NCBI GenBank assembly: GCA_017631155.1
Contig: JAGBTV010000021.1
Coordinates: forward strand, 4-64,003
Origin: Oscillospiraceae bacterium
GTDB lineage: Bacteria > Bacillota > Clostridia > Oscillospirales > Oscillospiraceae
DNA length: 64,000 nt
Reading direction: 5' to 3'
Made by a program: the position numbers and the translations under genes. Below are positions 1-9,377 of this stretch, in pieces; within the stretch, counting starts at the first letter, position 1, and each line of letters begins with the position of its first letter. Below the pieces are notes generated by a model, which worked only from the letters and a program-made list of their open reading frames with translations, did no database searches and was not told the origin of the DNA.

Positions 1-846
1 GTGTTTCAGAATTATGCCCTGTATCCCCATATGACGGTGCTGCAGAATATTCTGTTTCCTCTGCAAAACCGCAAGGGAAAAGATAAGCTTTCCAAAGAAG
101 TGATGCTGCAAAAAGCCCAGGAGGCTGCCAAACTGGTGCAGATCCAGGAACTGATGGATCGCAAGCCCAGTGAGCTGTCCGGCGGTCAGCAGCAGCGGGT
201 GGCCATCGCCCGGGCATTGGTGAAAATGCCTCAGGTACTGCTGCTGGATGAACCCTTAAGCAATCTGGATGCCCGCCTGCGTCTGCAGACCCGGGAGGAA
301 ATCCGCCGGATTCAGCGGGCTACCGGAATCACCACGATTTTTGTTACCCATGACCAGGAGGAAGCTATGAGCATTTCCGACCAAATCGTGGTCATGCGGC
401 AGGGCGCGATTCAGCAGGTGGACCAGCCCCAGCGGATCTATGATGATCCGGATAATTTGTTTGTTGCGAAATTTTTAGGCACACCTCCCATCAATGTTTT
501 TCATGGCACAGTCCGGGAGGGGAAGCTTCTTTTGGATGACCAGGAGGTGCTGGATATGCCTGGCGCACCGGAGGGCGATGTGATTGTGGGCATCCGTCCT
601 GAGGGCTTTATTCCCAAGCAGGAGGGCAAACTTTCCTGTGCTTTGCAGGCAGTGGAGGTTATGGGCCGGGATATCAGTGTGGTGGCTGCACATCCTGCCT
701 GTGAGAGCCAGACCCTCCGGGCTATTGTCAGCGCAGAGAACCTTGCGGCGCTGAACGGTACGGTGGCAGCCTTTGACTTGAAGCGGGACAAGGTGCTGCT
801 GTTCGATGCTGAAACCCAGGCACGAATTCGGTTTACTGCAGAGTAA
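1..846 (+). CDS. Sugar-type (CUT1/MalK-like) ABC transporter ATP-binding subunit, 5'-truncated by window edge
   Basis: FQNYALYPH Q-loop, LSGGQQQRVA signature, LLLDEPLSNLD Walker B, VTHDQEEA; Walker A lies upstream of the window. Confidence 0.95.
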   Translation: MFQNYALYPHMTVLQNILFPLQNRKGKDKLSKEVMLQKAQEAAKLVQIQELMDRKPSELSGGQQQRVAIARALVKMPQVLLLDEPLSNLDARLRLQTREEIRRIQRATGITTIFVTHDQEEAMSISDQIVVMRQGAIQQVDQPQRIYDDPDNLFVAKFLGTPPINVFHGTVREGKLLLDDQEVLDMPGAPEGDVIVGIRPEGFIPKQEGKLSCALQAVEVMGRDISVVAAHPACESQTLRAIVSAENLAALNGTVAAFDLKRDKVLLFDAETQARIRFTAE

Positions 847-858
847 CGGAGGCTGCCT

Positions 859-1752
859 ATGGAAAAGAATAACAGAAAAGCCTGGCTGTACCTGCTGCCG
901 GCCATGGCGTTTTTGGGGATATTTATGGTATATCCTTTGGTAGATGTACTGATCTATTCCTTGGAAGAAGGCTTTAATTTTGCTTCCCAGTCCGGTCATG
1001 GCGTGGGATTTTATAACTATGGCTATATCCTGCGGGATCCCTATTTTTTGCAGGCGGTGAAAAATACCTTCTTGCTGGTGATTATCACCGTGCCTGTGTC
1101 TACCGGCCTGGCGCTGCTGATTTCTCTTGGACTCAGCTCCATCCAAAAACTGCGAAATCTTTACCAAACCGTATATTTTCTACCCTATGTGACCAACACC
1201 CTGGCGGTAGGTCTGGTATTTATGATTCTGTTTAAGCAGACACCCTACACCGATGGCATGGTGAATGTCCTGATTCGTTGGTTCGGGGGAGAGACGGTAG
1301 ATTTTATCGACGGACCTTATTGGGCCAAAATGTTTGTGCTGTGCTTTTATACCGTGTGGGTGGTGCTGCCCTTTAAAATTTTGATTCTGACCAGCGCCCT
1401 GGCATCTGTGGATCGGACTTATTACAATGCCGCCCGGCTGGATGGCACTTCCAGTTTTCGTACCTTTACCCGAATCACCCTGCCTCTGATTTCGCCTACG
1501 GTATTCTATCTGATTATCACAGGCTTCATCGGTGCGTTTAAGGCGTACAGCGATGCAGTGGCATTGTTCGGTACGGATCTGAATGCTGCACAGATGAACA
1601 CTGTGGTGGGCTATGTTTACGATATGCTCTACGGCAATTCCGGCGGCTATCCGTCCTATGCATCGGCGGCAGCCATCGTGCTGTTTGCCATTGTGCTGAC
1701 CATCACTTGCATCAACCTGCTGGTCAGCCGCAAGCATGTACACTACGCGTAA
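859..1752 (+). CDS. Carbohydrate ABC transporter permease
   Basis: Multiple TM segments, EAA-loop variant YNAARLDG; GGAGG RBS. Confidence 0.92.
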   Translation: MEKNNRKAWLYLLPAMAFLGIFMVYPLVDVLIYSLEEGFNFASQSGHGVGFYNYGYILRDPYFLQAVKNTFLLVIITVPVSTGLALLISLGLSSIQKLRNLYQTVYFLPYVTNTLAVGLVFMILFKQTPYTDGMVNVLIRWFGGETVDFIDGPYWAKMFVLCFYTVWVVLPFKILILTSALASVDRTYYNAARLDGTSSFRTFTRITLPLISPTVFYLIITGFIGAFKAYSDAVALFGTDLNAAQMNTVVGYVYDMLYGNSGGYPSYASAAAIVLFAIVLTITCINLLVSRKHVHYA

Positions 1753-1764
1753 AGGAGGGAAGAC

Positions 1765-2640
1765 ATGCCAAATCATTTGGATTTTGAACGCATCGAGAAA
1801 CGCGCCACTGTGAAAAAGCGGATCGGCAAGGTCTTTTCCTACGCCATGCTGACATTTTGGGCGGTGATGGTACTGTTTCCTTTCTACTGGATGCTGCTGA
1901 CCTCAGTGAAGAGCTACAGTGCCTATAATGGGGAGTGGATCCCCCAACTGTTCACGGTGTCGCCAACTTTGGAAAATTATCTGGAAGCATTTACGGCGGT
2001 GCCGTTGCTGCGATATTTTCTCAACACCCTGGTGTACACCCTGATAACCACAGCGCTGATGTTGGCGGTAACGGTGCTGGCTGCCTTTGCCTTTGCCAGA
2101 ATGCAGTTTCCCGGAAAGAATCTGGTGTTCACCCTGTTCCTGGCAATGATGATGATCCCCAATGAACTGGTGGTCATTACAAATTTTGTTACGGTAACGG
2201 AAATGGATCTTCGTAACAGCTTTCCCGGTCTGATCCTGCCTACGGTCACTTCCGTGTTCTATATCTACCTGCTGAAGGAGAATTTCTCCCAGGTACCTGC
2301 AGAGCTGTACTATGCAGCCAAAGTGGACGGTACCTCGGATTTTAAGTACCTTTGGAAGGTAATGATCCCCATTTGTCAGCCCACCATCGTGACGGTAACC
2401 ATTCTGAAGGTGATTGAATGTTGGAACAACTATGTATGGCCCCGGCTGATTACCGACGATGAAAACTTCTTCCTGGTGTCCAACGGCATCCAGTCCATTC
2501 GGGAAAATGGCTTTGGCCGGGATAATATCCCTGCCATGATGGCTGCTGTGGTAGCGGTGTCTGTGCCGCTGATCGTTCTGTTTCTGATCTTCCGAAAAAA
2601 GATCATGACAGGCGTGGCGAGAGGAGGTACCAAAGGATGA
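1765..2640 (+). CDS. Carbohydrate ABC transporter permease (MalG-like)
   Basis: TM segments, ELYYAAKVDG EAA motif, WNNYVWP. Confidence 0.92.
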   Translation: MPNHLDFERIEKRATVKKRIGKVFSYAMLTFWAVMVLFPFYWMLLTSVKSYSAYNGEWIPQLFTVSPTLENYLEAFTAVPLLRYFLNTLVYTLITTALMLAVTVLAAFAFARMQFPGKNLVFTLFLAMMMIPNELVVITNFVTVTEMDLRNSFPGLILPTVTSVFYIYLLKENFSQVPAELYYAAKVDGTSDFKYLWKVMIPICQPTIVTVTILKVIECWNNYVWPRLITDDENFFLVSNGIQSIRENGFGRDNIPAMMAAVVAVSVPLIVLFLIFRKKIMTGVARGGTKG

Positions 2641-4220
2641 AACGGTGTGTATCTGCTGTGCTGCTGATAAGTATGCTGTGCCTGCTGTTTACCGGCTGTC
2701 ACGGCGCGGCAGTCCAGGAAAGCTTTACAGTTCCGGAAAATTTTGATACCTCCCGGAACTATGAAATTACCTTTTGGGCGAAAAACGATACCAACATGAA
2801 CCAAGTGGCGGTGTATAAACAGGCTATTGCGGATTTTGAAGCGCTGTATCCCAATATTACCGTGAAGTTGTCCCTGTATACGGACTACGGCAAGATCTAT
2901 AATGATGTGATTACCAACATTTCCACCAACACCACCCCCAATGTCTGTATCACCTATCCTGACCATATTGCCACCTATCTTTCCGGTAGAAATACGGTGG
3001 TTCCTCTGGATGACCTGTTTGCAGATACCCGGTACGGTTTGGGGGGGAGTGAGCTTCGCTTCGACGGCCCTAACCGGGAGGAAATGGTACCCCAGTTTCT
3101 TTCGGAATGTGTCATCGACGGCAGTCACTATGCCATTCCCTTTATGCGTTCTACCGAGGCTTGCTATGTGAATAAGACCTATGTGGAAGCCCTGGGCTAT
3201 GAGCTGCCTGAGACGCTTACCTGGGATTTTATTTGGGAGGTTTCCGATGCGGCAGCGGCTAAGGATGCTGACGGCAACTTCAAGATCAACGGTCAAAAGG
3301 TAATGCTGCCCTTTATTTACAAATCTACGGATAATATGATGATTACCAGCCTTGCCCAACAGGGGGCGGGGTATTCCAACGATCAGGGGCAGATCCAAAT
3401 TTTTAATGAAACCACCAAAATGCTTTTGCATACAGTAGCGGATCATGTGAAGACAGGGGCTTTCTCCACCTTTAAGATTTCAGGCTATCCTGCAAACTTC
3501 CTCAATGCCGGTCAGTGTATCTTTGCCATTGACTCTACTGCCGGTGCTACCTGGATGGGTCCCGAAGCACCACTGCTGGATATCAGCGAGGATAAGCTGG
3601 TGGACTTTGAGATCGAAGTAATGACGGTGCCTCAGTATCCTGGGCAGCAGACCAAAATGATCTCTCAGGGACCCTCTATCTGCGTATTTAATAAAGCAGA
3701 CAGTCAGGAGGTCCTGGCGTCCTGGCTCTTTGCTCAGTATATGCTCACCAACCCGGTGCAGCTGGGTTATGCCAAAACAGAGGGCTATGTTCCTGTGACC
3801 CAAAAGGCTCAGCAGAGTCCGGAATATCAGGATTATCTCAGCCGCTGCGGAGAGGACAATGACGAGCATTACCGGGTCAAGCTGGAGGCTTCCCAACTGC
3901 TGCTGGATAACATCGACAATACCTTTGTGACACCGGTGTTCAACGGCTCTGCTTCCTTGCGGGACGCAGCAGGACAGCTGATTGAAAATGTAACCAAATC
4001 CGTCCGCAGAAATCAGACGGTGGACGATGCCTACATGGAGGAATTGTTTGACCAGGTCACATCGTTGTATCGATTGGACCAGCCAACGGTAGCTGCCGGA
4101 AAACAGGAACTGGGTCCGCTTCCTCAAACGGCAATCCTTTTGCTGAGCGCTTTGGGAATCAGCTGGGCGCTGATCCTGGGGTATGCCGCAGTTACGGGAA
4201 TAAAAAAGAAAAAGCGGTAG
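2637..4220 (+). CDS. ABC transporter extracellular solute-binding lipoprotein with extra C-terminal membrane/sortase-like anchor
   Basis: Lipobox LFTGC; family-1 SBP-like motifs (YAIPF, TEGYVPV); C-terminal LPQTA + hydrophobic stretch + KKKKR; ATGA overlap with permease. Confidence 0.85.
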   Translation: MKRCVSAVLLISMLCLLFTGCHGAAVQESFTVPENFDTSRNYEITFWAKNDTNMNQVAVYKQAIADFEALYPNITVKLSLYTDYGKIYNDVITNISTNTTPNVCITYPDHIATYLSGRNTVVPLDDLFADTRYGLGGSELRFDGPNREEMVPQFLSECVIDGSHYAIPFMRSTEACYVNKTYVEALGYELPETLTWDFIWEVSDAAAAKDADGNFKINGQKVMLPFIYKSTDNMMITSLAQQGAGYSNDQGQIQIFNETTKMLLHTVADHVKTGAFSTFKISGYPANFLNAGQCIFAIDSTAGATWMGPEAPLLDISEDKLVDFEIEVMTVPQYPGQQTKMISQGPSICVFNKADSQEVLASWLFAQYMLTNPVQLGYAKTEGYVPVTQKAQQSPEYQDYLSRCGEDNDEHYRVKLEASQLLLDNIDNTFVTPVFNGSASLRDAAGQLIENVTKSVRRNQTVDDAYMEELFDQVTSLYRLDQPTVAAGKQELGPLPQTAILLLSALGISWALILGYAAVTGIKKKKR

Positions 4221-4314
4221 AAAATTACCGGAAACAATTGATTTATTTGGAAATACCTGTATAATAGGTATTGTGCTTTTGCACACCGATATACAAAAAA
4301 GGAGATTTTGGAAA

Positions 4315-5025
4315 ATGAAGAAATGGATTGCTCTGTTTTTGGCACTGACTGTGGTTCTGTCTTTTGCTGCCTGTGCCTCCAACACCGACGATAACAAGTT
4401 TGATCCCGCTGCCAAGTCTGAGGGAACTATGACCTATGCCCAGTACGATGCCGCGGCCCTGGATTCCCAGGTCGTTGTTGAGTGCTATGTCCAGGCTACT
4501 CAGTCCTGGTGGGACAACAAGATCACTGTCTATGCCCAGGATCCTGACGGTGCATACTTCTTGTATGAGATGGCTTGCTCCGAGGCTGATGCTGCCAAGC
4601 TGACCCCCGGCACCAAGATCAAGGTTACCGGCTACAAGGGCGCATGGGAAGGCGAAGTAGAGATCATGGAGGCTACCTTCGAGTTTATGGAGGGCACCTG
4701 GACCGCTACCGCTATGGATGCTACCGCGCTGCTGGGCAAGGAAGAACTGATTAACCATCAGAACAAGCTGGTTTCCTTCAAGGGCATGACTGTTGAGGCC
4801 ATCGAGTACAAGAACGGCGAGCCCGGCGATGACATCTATGTGACCCTGTCCAAGGACGGTGCGTCCTACAGCTTCTGCGTAGAGCGTTACCTCACCGGTC
4901 CCGACAGCGATGTCTATAAGGCTGTGGGTGAGCTGAAGGCCGGCGATGTGGTGGATGTAGAGTGCTTCCTGTACTGGTATCAGGGACCCAACCCCCATAT
5001 CTATAAGATCGCTGCTGCAAAGTAA
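4315..5025 (+). CDS. Hypothetical lipoprotein with two OB-fold-like halves
   Basis: AGGAG RBS before ATG 4315; signal MKKWIALFLALTVVLSFAAC; two beta-rich halves ending L..G..V.V.G/C; C-ending codon bias like highly expressed genes. Confidence 0.75.
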   Translation: MKKWIALFLALTVVLSFAACASNTDDNKFDPAAKSEGTMTYAQYDAAALDSQVVVECYVQATQSWWDNKITVYAQDPDGAYFLYEMACSEADAAKLTPGTKIKVTGYKGAWEGEVEIMEATFEFMEGTWTATAMDATALLGKEELINHQNKLVSFKGMTVEAIEYKNGEPGDDIYVTLSKDGASYSFCVERYLTGPDSDVYKAVGELKAGDVVDVECFLYWYQGPNPHIYKIAAAK

Positions 5026-5040
5026 GAAATCCATAATTTT

Positions 5041-5070
5041 CACCCCCGCTTACCTTGGTAAGCGGGGGTG
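5041..5070 (+). terminator. Intrinsic terminator hairpin
   Basis: CACCCCCGCTTACC-tt-GGTAAGCGGGGGTG inverted repeat after the lipoprotein gene. Confidence 0.8.
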
Positions 5071-5178
5071 TTATTGTACAAAGAAAACCACCGGCATAAA
5101 TACAGCCATGGGGATTCGTGGTTGACTTTTGGGGCAGGCGTAGTAAAATGGTAGTAGATTTTATAAGGAGTTACCGCT

Positions 5179-6543
5179 GTGCATACAAAACGAGCATCCT
5201 TGCTGGAGGGTTCTGTTTGGAAGGGTATGGTGCTGTTTGCTATACCGATTTTTTTAGGGAATCTTTTTCAGCAGTTTTATAATACTTTCGACTCCTGGTG
5301 CGTAGGCAATTTCATCGGGGAAGATGCCTTGGCGGCAGTCAGTTCTTCCGGCTCGCTGATTTTTATGATGGTGGGCTTTTTCAACGGTGTAGCCATGGGC
5401 GCTGGCGTCATCATTGCCAGGTTCTTCGGCGCCGGGGATACGGATTCTTTGAAAAAAGCCATCCATACGGATGTAGCTTTTGGCTTGGTGTCAGGAGGAC
5501 TGCTGACAGTTTTGGGTGTGGTATTTACCCCTATGATTTTAGGATGGATGGGAACGCCGGAGGATGTAATGCCCCAGTCGGTGGCCTATTTCCGTTACTA
5601 TTTCTGCGGTGCTATCTTTACGGTGCTGTATAACATCTTCGTGGGTATCCTCCATGCATTGGGGGACAGCCGCACACCCCTTTACTACCTGATCCTTGCG
5701 TCCTTTGTCAATGTGGTGCTGGATCTGCTGTTTGTGGCTGTGCTGGGTATGGGCGTCGGCGCTGCGGCCGTCGCAACTACCATCTCCCAGGGCCTCAGCG
5801 CGGTGCTTTGCGCCATCCGCCTGATGCGTCTGAAAACCGATTACCGGCTGAAGGTGAAGGAAATCCGCTTCCACAGAAAGAGCCTCCGGCAGATCATTCA
5901 GTACGGCCTGCCTGCCGGTATCCAAAACTCCGTCATCGCCTTTGCCAATGTAGTGGTGCAGTCCAATATCAACAGTTTCGGAAAGGCTGCTATGGCCGGC
6001 TGCGGCTCTTATTCCAAGATCGAGGGTTTTGCCTTCCTGCCCATTACCTGCTTTACCCAGGCGCTGGCTACCTTTGTAGGCCAGAATTTGGGCGCAGGAA
6101 ATGTGAAACGGGTGAAAAAGGGTGTTGGGTTTGGCATCTTATGTCCTGCGGTGATCGCAGAATTGATCGGTGTGATACTTTGGCTTACCGCACCAAAGCT
6201 CATTGGTATTTTTAACGATGACGCTTTGGTAATTGATTTCGGTACCCGGCATATGCGAACCATTGCACCGTTCTTTTTCCTCCTGGCGACGACCCATTGC
6301 ATTTCCAGTGTTCTCCGTGGCGCAGGAAAGACGACCCTGCCTATGGTCACCCTGCTGGCGGTGTGGTGCATCTTCCGGGTCAGTTATGTTACGGTAGCAG
6401 TTCGGTATGTTAACCGACTGGAAACGATCTCCTGGGCTTATCCCATTACCTGGACCATCAGCTCCGTCATTTTGCTGATCTGCTTCTTCAAGTCCGACTG
6501 GCTGCACCATTTCCAGCGGCAGGAAGAAAAACAAAACGCATAA
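5179..6543 (+). CDS. MATE family efflux transporter
   Basis: FAIPIFLGNLFQQFYNTFD, LGDSRTPLY, FVGQNLGAG; about 12 TM; GTG start with AAGGAG RBS; TTGACT..TAAAAT promoter at 5122-5149. Confidence 0.93.
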   Translation: MHTKRASLLEGSVWKGMVLFAIPIFLGNLFQQFYNTFDSWCVGNFIGEDALAAVSSSGSLIFMMVGFFNGVAMGAGVIIARFFGAGDTDSLKKAIHTDVAFGLVSGGLLTVLGVVFTPMILGWMGTPEDVMPQSVAYFRYYFCGAIFTVLYNIFVGILHALGDSRTPLYYLILASFVNVVLDLLFVAVLGMGVGAAAVATTISQGLSAVLCAIRLMRLKTDYRLKVKEIRFHRKSLRQIIQYGLPAGIQNSVIAFANVVVQSNINSFGKAAMAGCGSYSKIEGFAFLPITCFTQALATFVGQNLGAGNVKRVKKGVGFGILCPAVIAELIGVILWLTAPKLIGIFNDDALVIDFGTRHMRTIAPFFFLLATTHCISSVLRGAGKTTLPMVTLLAVWCIFRVSYVTVAVRYVNRLETISWAYPITWTISSVILLICFFKSDWLHHFQRQEEKQNA

Positions 6544-6547
6544 ATCA

Positions 6548-6585
6548 GCACCCTCTTGGTTTCTCACCAAGAGGGTGCGTTTTTT
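6548..6585. terminator. Terminator hairpin between convergent genes
   Basis: GCACCCTCTTGGT..ACCAAGAGGGTGC followed by a T-run. Confidence 0.75.
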
Positions 6586-7117
6586 ATAGTTGTACAAACC
6601 GGGGCGGATGGTCCATAGCCGGAATGATGGTTTCCAAAAGATCCTTGGTATACAGCCGAAGACTGGCGGTGTTGATGCAGGGGTGACAGCCGATATATTC
6701 CCCGGACAGCAGTTCTTCGTCGATCAGCAGCTGCACTTTATTGTCCCGGTCATTCATCAGACCCAGCACGCTCAGGGAGCCGGGAGTGATGTCCAAAAAC
6801 TGCTCCATGTATTCTCCTGCGGCAAAGGACAGCCGGGAAGAACCGATCTGCTTGGACAGAACGCTGGTTTTGAAAACCTTGTCTCCAGGGATCATCAGCA
6901 GATAAAAATCCGTGCATTGCCGGTTGCACAGCAGCAGATTTTTGCAGATGGTGGCACCCAAAGCTTCGTCCACGGCAGCGCAGGCTTCCATGGTCATGGC
7001 AGCTTCATGGTCGATCCGCTGATAGGGAACACCAAGCTGATCCAGCAGGTCATAGACCCGGATTTCTTTTTCCAAACGACCTGCGCAGTTTTCAGGCCTT
7101 CCTTGTAACAATTCCAT
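6584..7117 (-). CDS. YbaK/ProXp-ala family aminoacyl-tRNA editing (prolyl-tRNA synthetase-associated) protein
   Basis: CKNLLL, SRLSFA, ITPGSLS, GCHPCINTASL motifs; GGAG RBS before ATG 7117. Confidence 0.88.
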   Translation of the reverse strand: MELLQGRPENCAGRLEKEIRVYDLLDQLGVPYQRIDHEAAMTMEACAAVDEALGATICKNLLLCNRQCTDFYLLMIPGDKVFKTSVLSKQIGSSRLSFAAGEYMEQFLDITPGSLSVLGLMNDRDNKVQLLIDEELLSGEYIGCHPCINTASLRLYTKDLLETIIPAMDHPPRFVQL

Positions 7118-7130
7118 AGTTTTCTCCAAA

Positions 7131-8423
7131 TCAGGAACCTAACTTTTCCCGGCGCAGCTTGTCTGCTTTGCAGAACAGGATAAAGCCGATGACAAACAGG
7201 ATCACCAGTGCGCCTACCGCCAGATTCTCATGCTGCAGATGCATACCGAGCAGGCAGATATCCAGACCGATGGTCAGCTGACTGATCCGGGCAATCAGGA
7301 ACATACCCAGGAAGGATGCGCCCTTGCCGCAGATGTCCATTAAGCCAAAGTATTCGCCGCTTTGCTCCTGGGGAATGATCTTGCCCAGGTAAGAACGGCT
7401 GAGGGCCTGGATCGCACCCTGGAACATACCTACCAACACAGCCAGCACCCAGAATTGCCACTGTACCATCAAGAACATGGCAAAGAGAGTAATGCCGGTG
7501 TAGCAGAGAATACAGATTTTGATAAGCTTGCCGGAATCCACTTTGGCAGCCAGTCTGCCGAACAAAATGGCAAAGGGAAAGGCAACGACCTGTGTCACCA
7601 ACAGTGCCAGCAGCAGTCCGGTGGTGTCCAAACCTAAAGCCTCGCCATAGGCAGTAGCCATGTCGATGATGGTGTAGACGCCGTTAATAAAGAAGAAGAA
7701 CGCCAGCAGATACAGGAAAATGTGCTTTTCCTTTTTGGCGCTGCGGAAGGTGGTGGCCAGTTGACGGAAGGTAGCCCGGATGGGCTTTTCCTGCTTCGGT
7801 ACATAGGCGGTCTGCCGGTAGCGCTTGGCAAGAGGGCCGGTGCAAATTGCCCACCAGGTGGCAGTAATTAAAAACGCAATAATCATGGCGGTGCCTTGGG
7901 TCAGACCAAAGGATTCTGCCATCAGCACCAATACCAAACAAGCCACAAAGGGAATCACAGAGCCGATGTAGCCGAATGCATAACCCAGAGAGGAGAGCTT
8001 GTCCATCCGCTTGCCCACGGTGATTTCCGGCAGCATGGCATCGTAAAACACAAGACTGGCATTAAAGCCAACCTTGGAAAGAATATAGATGCCCAAAAAC
8101 AGCAGCCAGTTCGAGGTGACACCCAAGGCGGCGCAGCAGACCACACCAAGGGCTGCGCTGACCAGGAAGAAGGGCTTTTTGAAGCCTTTCTGATCCGCCA
8201 AAGTGCCGCAGATGGGGCCTAAGATTGCTACCAGTACCGTAGCAAGGGCACCGGCATCTGCCCAGTAGGACAGGTACATTTCCTCGTTGATTCCGGAAGT
8301 CGGCATCAGAGCCTTGAAATAAATGGGCAGCAAGGTTGCCACCAAAAGAATGTAGGCGGAGTTGCCGATGTCATAAAGAACCCAGCTGCGCTCCAGGGGG
8401 GTAAGCTTGTTTTTTCTTTCCAT
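7131..8423 (-). CDS. MFS transporter, UMF1/Atg22-like
   Basis: SWVLYDIGNSAY, FYDAMLPE, QALSRSY, EYFG motifs; about 12 TM. Confidence 0.88.
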   Translation of the reverse strand: MERKNKLTPLERSWVLYDIGNSAYILLVATLLPIYFKALMPTSGINEEMYLSYWADAGALATVLVAILGPICGTLADQKGFKKPFFLVSAALGVVCCAALGVTSNWLLFLGIYILSKVGFNASLVFYDAMLPEITVGKRMDKLSSLGYAFGYIGSVIPFVACLVLVLMAESFGLTQGTAMIIAFLITATWWAICTGPLAKRYRQTAYVPKQEKPIRATFRQLATTFRSAKKEKHIFLYLLAFFFFINGVYTIIDMATAYGEALGLDTTGLLLALLVTQVVAFPFAILFGRLAAKVDSGKLIKICILCYTGITLFAMFLMVQWQFWVLAVLVGMFQGAIQALSRSYLGKIIPQEQSGEYFGLMDICGKGASFLGMFLIARISQLTIGLDICLLGMHLQHENLAVGALVILFVIGFILFCKADKLRREKLGS

Positions 8424-8556
8424 AGGATACCCTCTCATTTTTCTTTGATATTAAAAATTATACCATATTTGTCAACAGTTATTGGAAGAAATGTTGCATT
8501 ATTTTGGAAATATGGTATAATCATTCATTATAAAGAAGAAAATTCAGAGGCAAATT

Positions 8557-9345
8557 ATGAAACTGATTGATATCCATACCCATATCTACCCTGACGAGAT
8601 TGCCCAAAAGGCAACGGACAGCGTCCGGGCTTTTTATCAGATCGGTGGCGGAGATATGCACGGCACCGCGTCCCAGCTTTTAGAACTGGGAACCAAGGCT
8701 GGGATCTCCGAATTTGTGATCCTGCCGGTGGCTATTCGCCCAGACAGAGTCCAGGGTATCAATAATTATATTTTGCAGAAGACCCGGGAAGAATCCCGGT
8801 TTGTAGGCTTCGGCACTGTCCATGCGGCTATGGACGGCATCGGAGACGAGGTGACGCGGATCATGGCTATGGGTCTGAAGGGTATCAAAATGCACCCGGA
8901 CTCCCAGCGGTTTTCTATTGACGATCTGCGGCTGTTTCCCATGTATGAGGCGGTGGAAGGGCGGATTCCCGTGTTGCTGCATATGGGAGATCAACGGTAT
9001 GACTATTCCCATCCTGTGAAGCTGCGGAGGATTCTGGATCTGTTTCCTCGGCTGCAGGTAATTGCCGCCCACTTTGGCGGCTACTCTATGCAGCAGACAG
9101 CCTGCGACCTTTTGAAGGACACAGAATGTGTCTTCGATGTATCCAGCTCCATGATGTTCATGGACCCGGGAGAGCCGGAGCGATATATCAACACCTACGG
9201 CGCGGAGCGCATGGCCTTCGGCACGGATTATCCCATGTGGGATCCTGTGTCGGAGACAGAACGCTTCCTGCAGTTGAAGCTAAGACCGGAGCAGCTGGAG
9301 CAGATTGGCTACAAAACCGCCCAGCGGGTCCTGCAGCTGCCTTAA
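8557..9345 (+). CDS. Amidohydrolase family (TIM-barrel metal-dependent hydrolase)
   Basis: IDIHTH, GIKMHP, LLHMG, AAHFGG, FGTDYP. Confidence 0.9.
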   Translation: MKLIDIHTHIYPDEIAQKATDSVRAFYQIGGGDMHGTASQLLELGTKAGISEFVILPVAIRPDRVQGINNYILQKTREESRFVGFGTVHAAMDGIGDEVTRIMAMGLKGIKMHPDSQRFSIDDLRLFPMYEAVEGRIPVLLHMGDQRYDYSHPVKLRRILDLFPRLQVIAAHFGGYSMQQTACDLLKDTECVFDVSSSMMFMDPGEPERYINTYGAERMAFGTDYPMWDPVSETERFLQLKLRPEQLEQIGYKTAQRVLQLP

Positions 9346-9377
9346 TGTGGATTTTCTCGTTTGATTTAGGAGGAAAA

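Noticed and set aside
9126-9377. N-terminal extension of the LTA synthase ORF in the track
   Set aside because: Overlaps the amidohydrolase; AGGAGG RBS supports ATG 9378. Similar over-extended starts were trimmed elsewhere.
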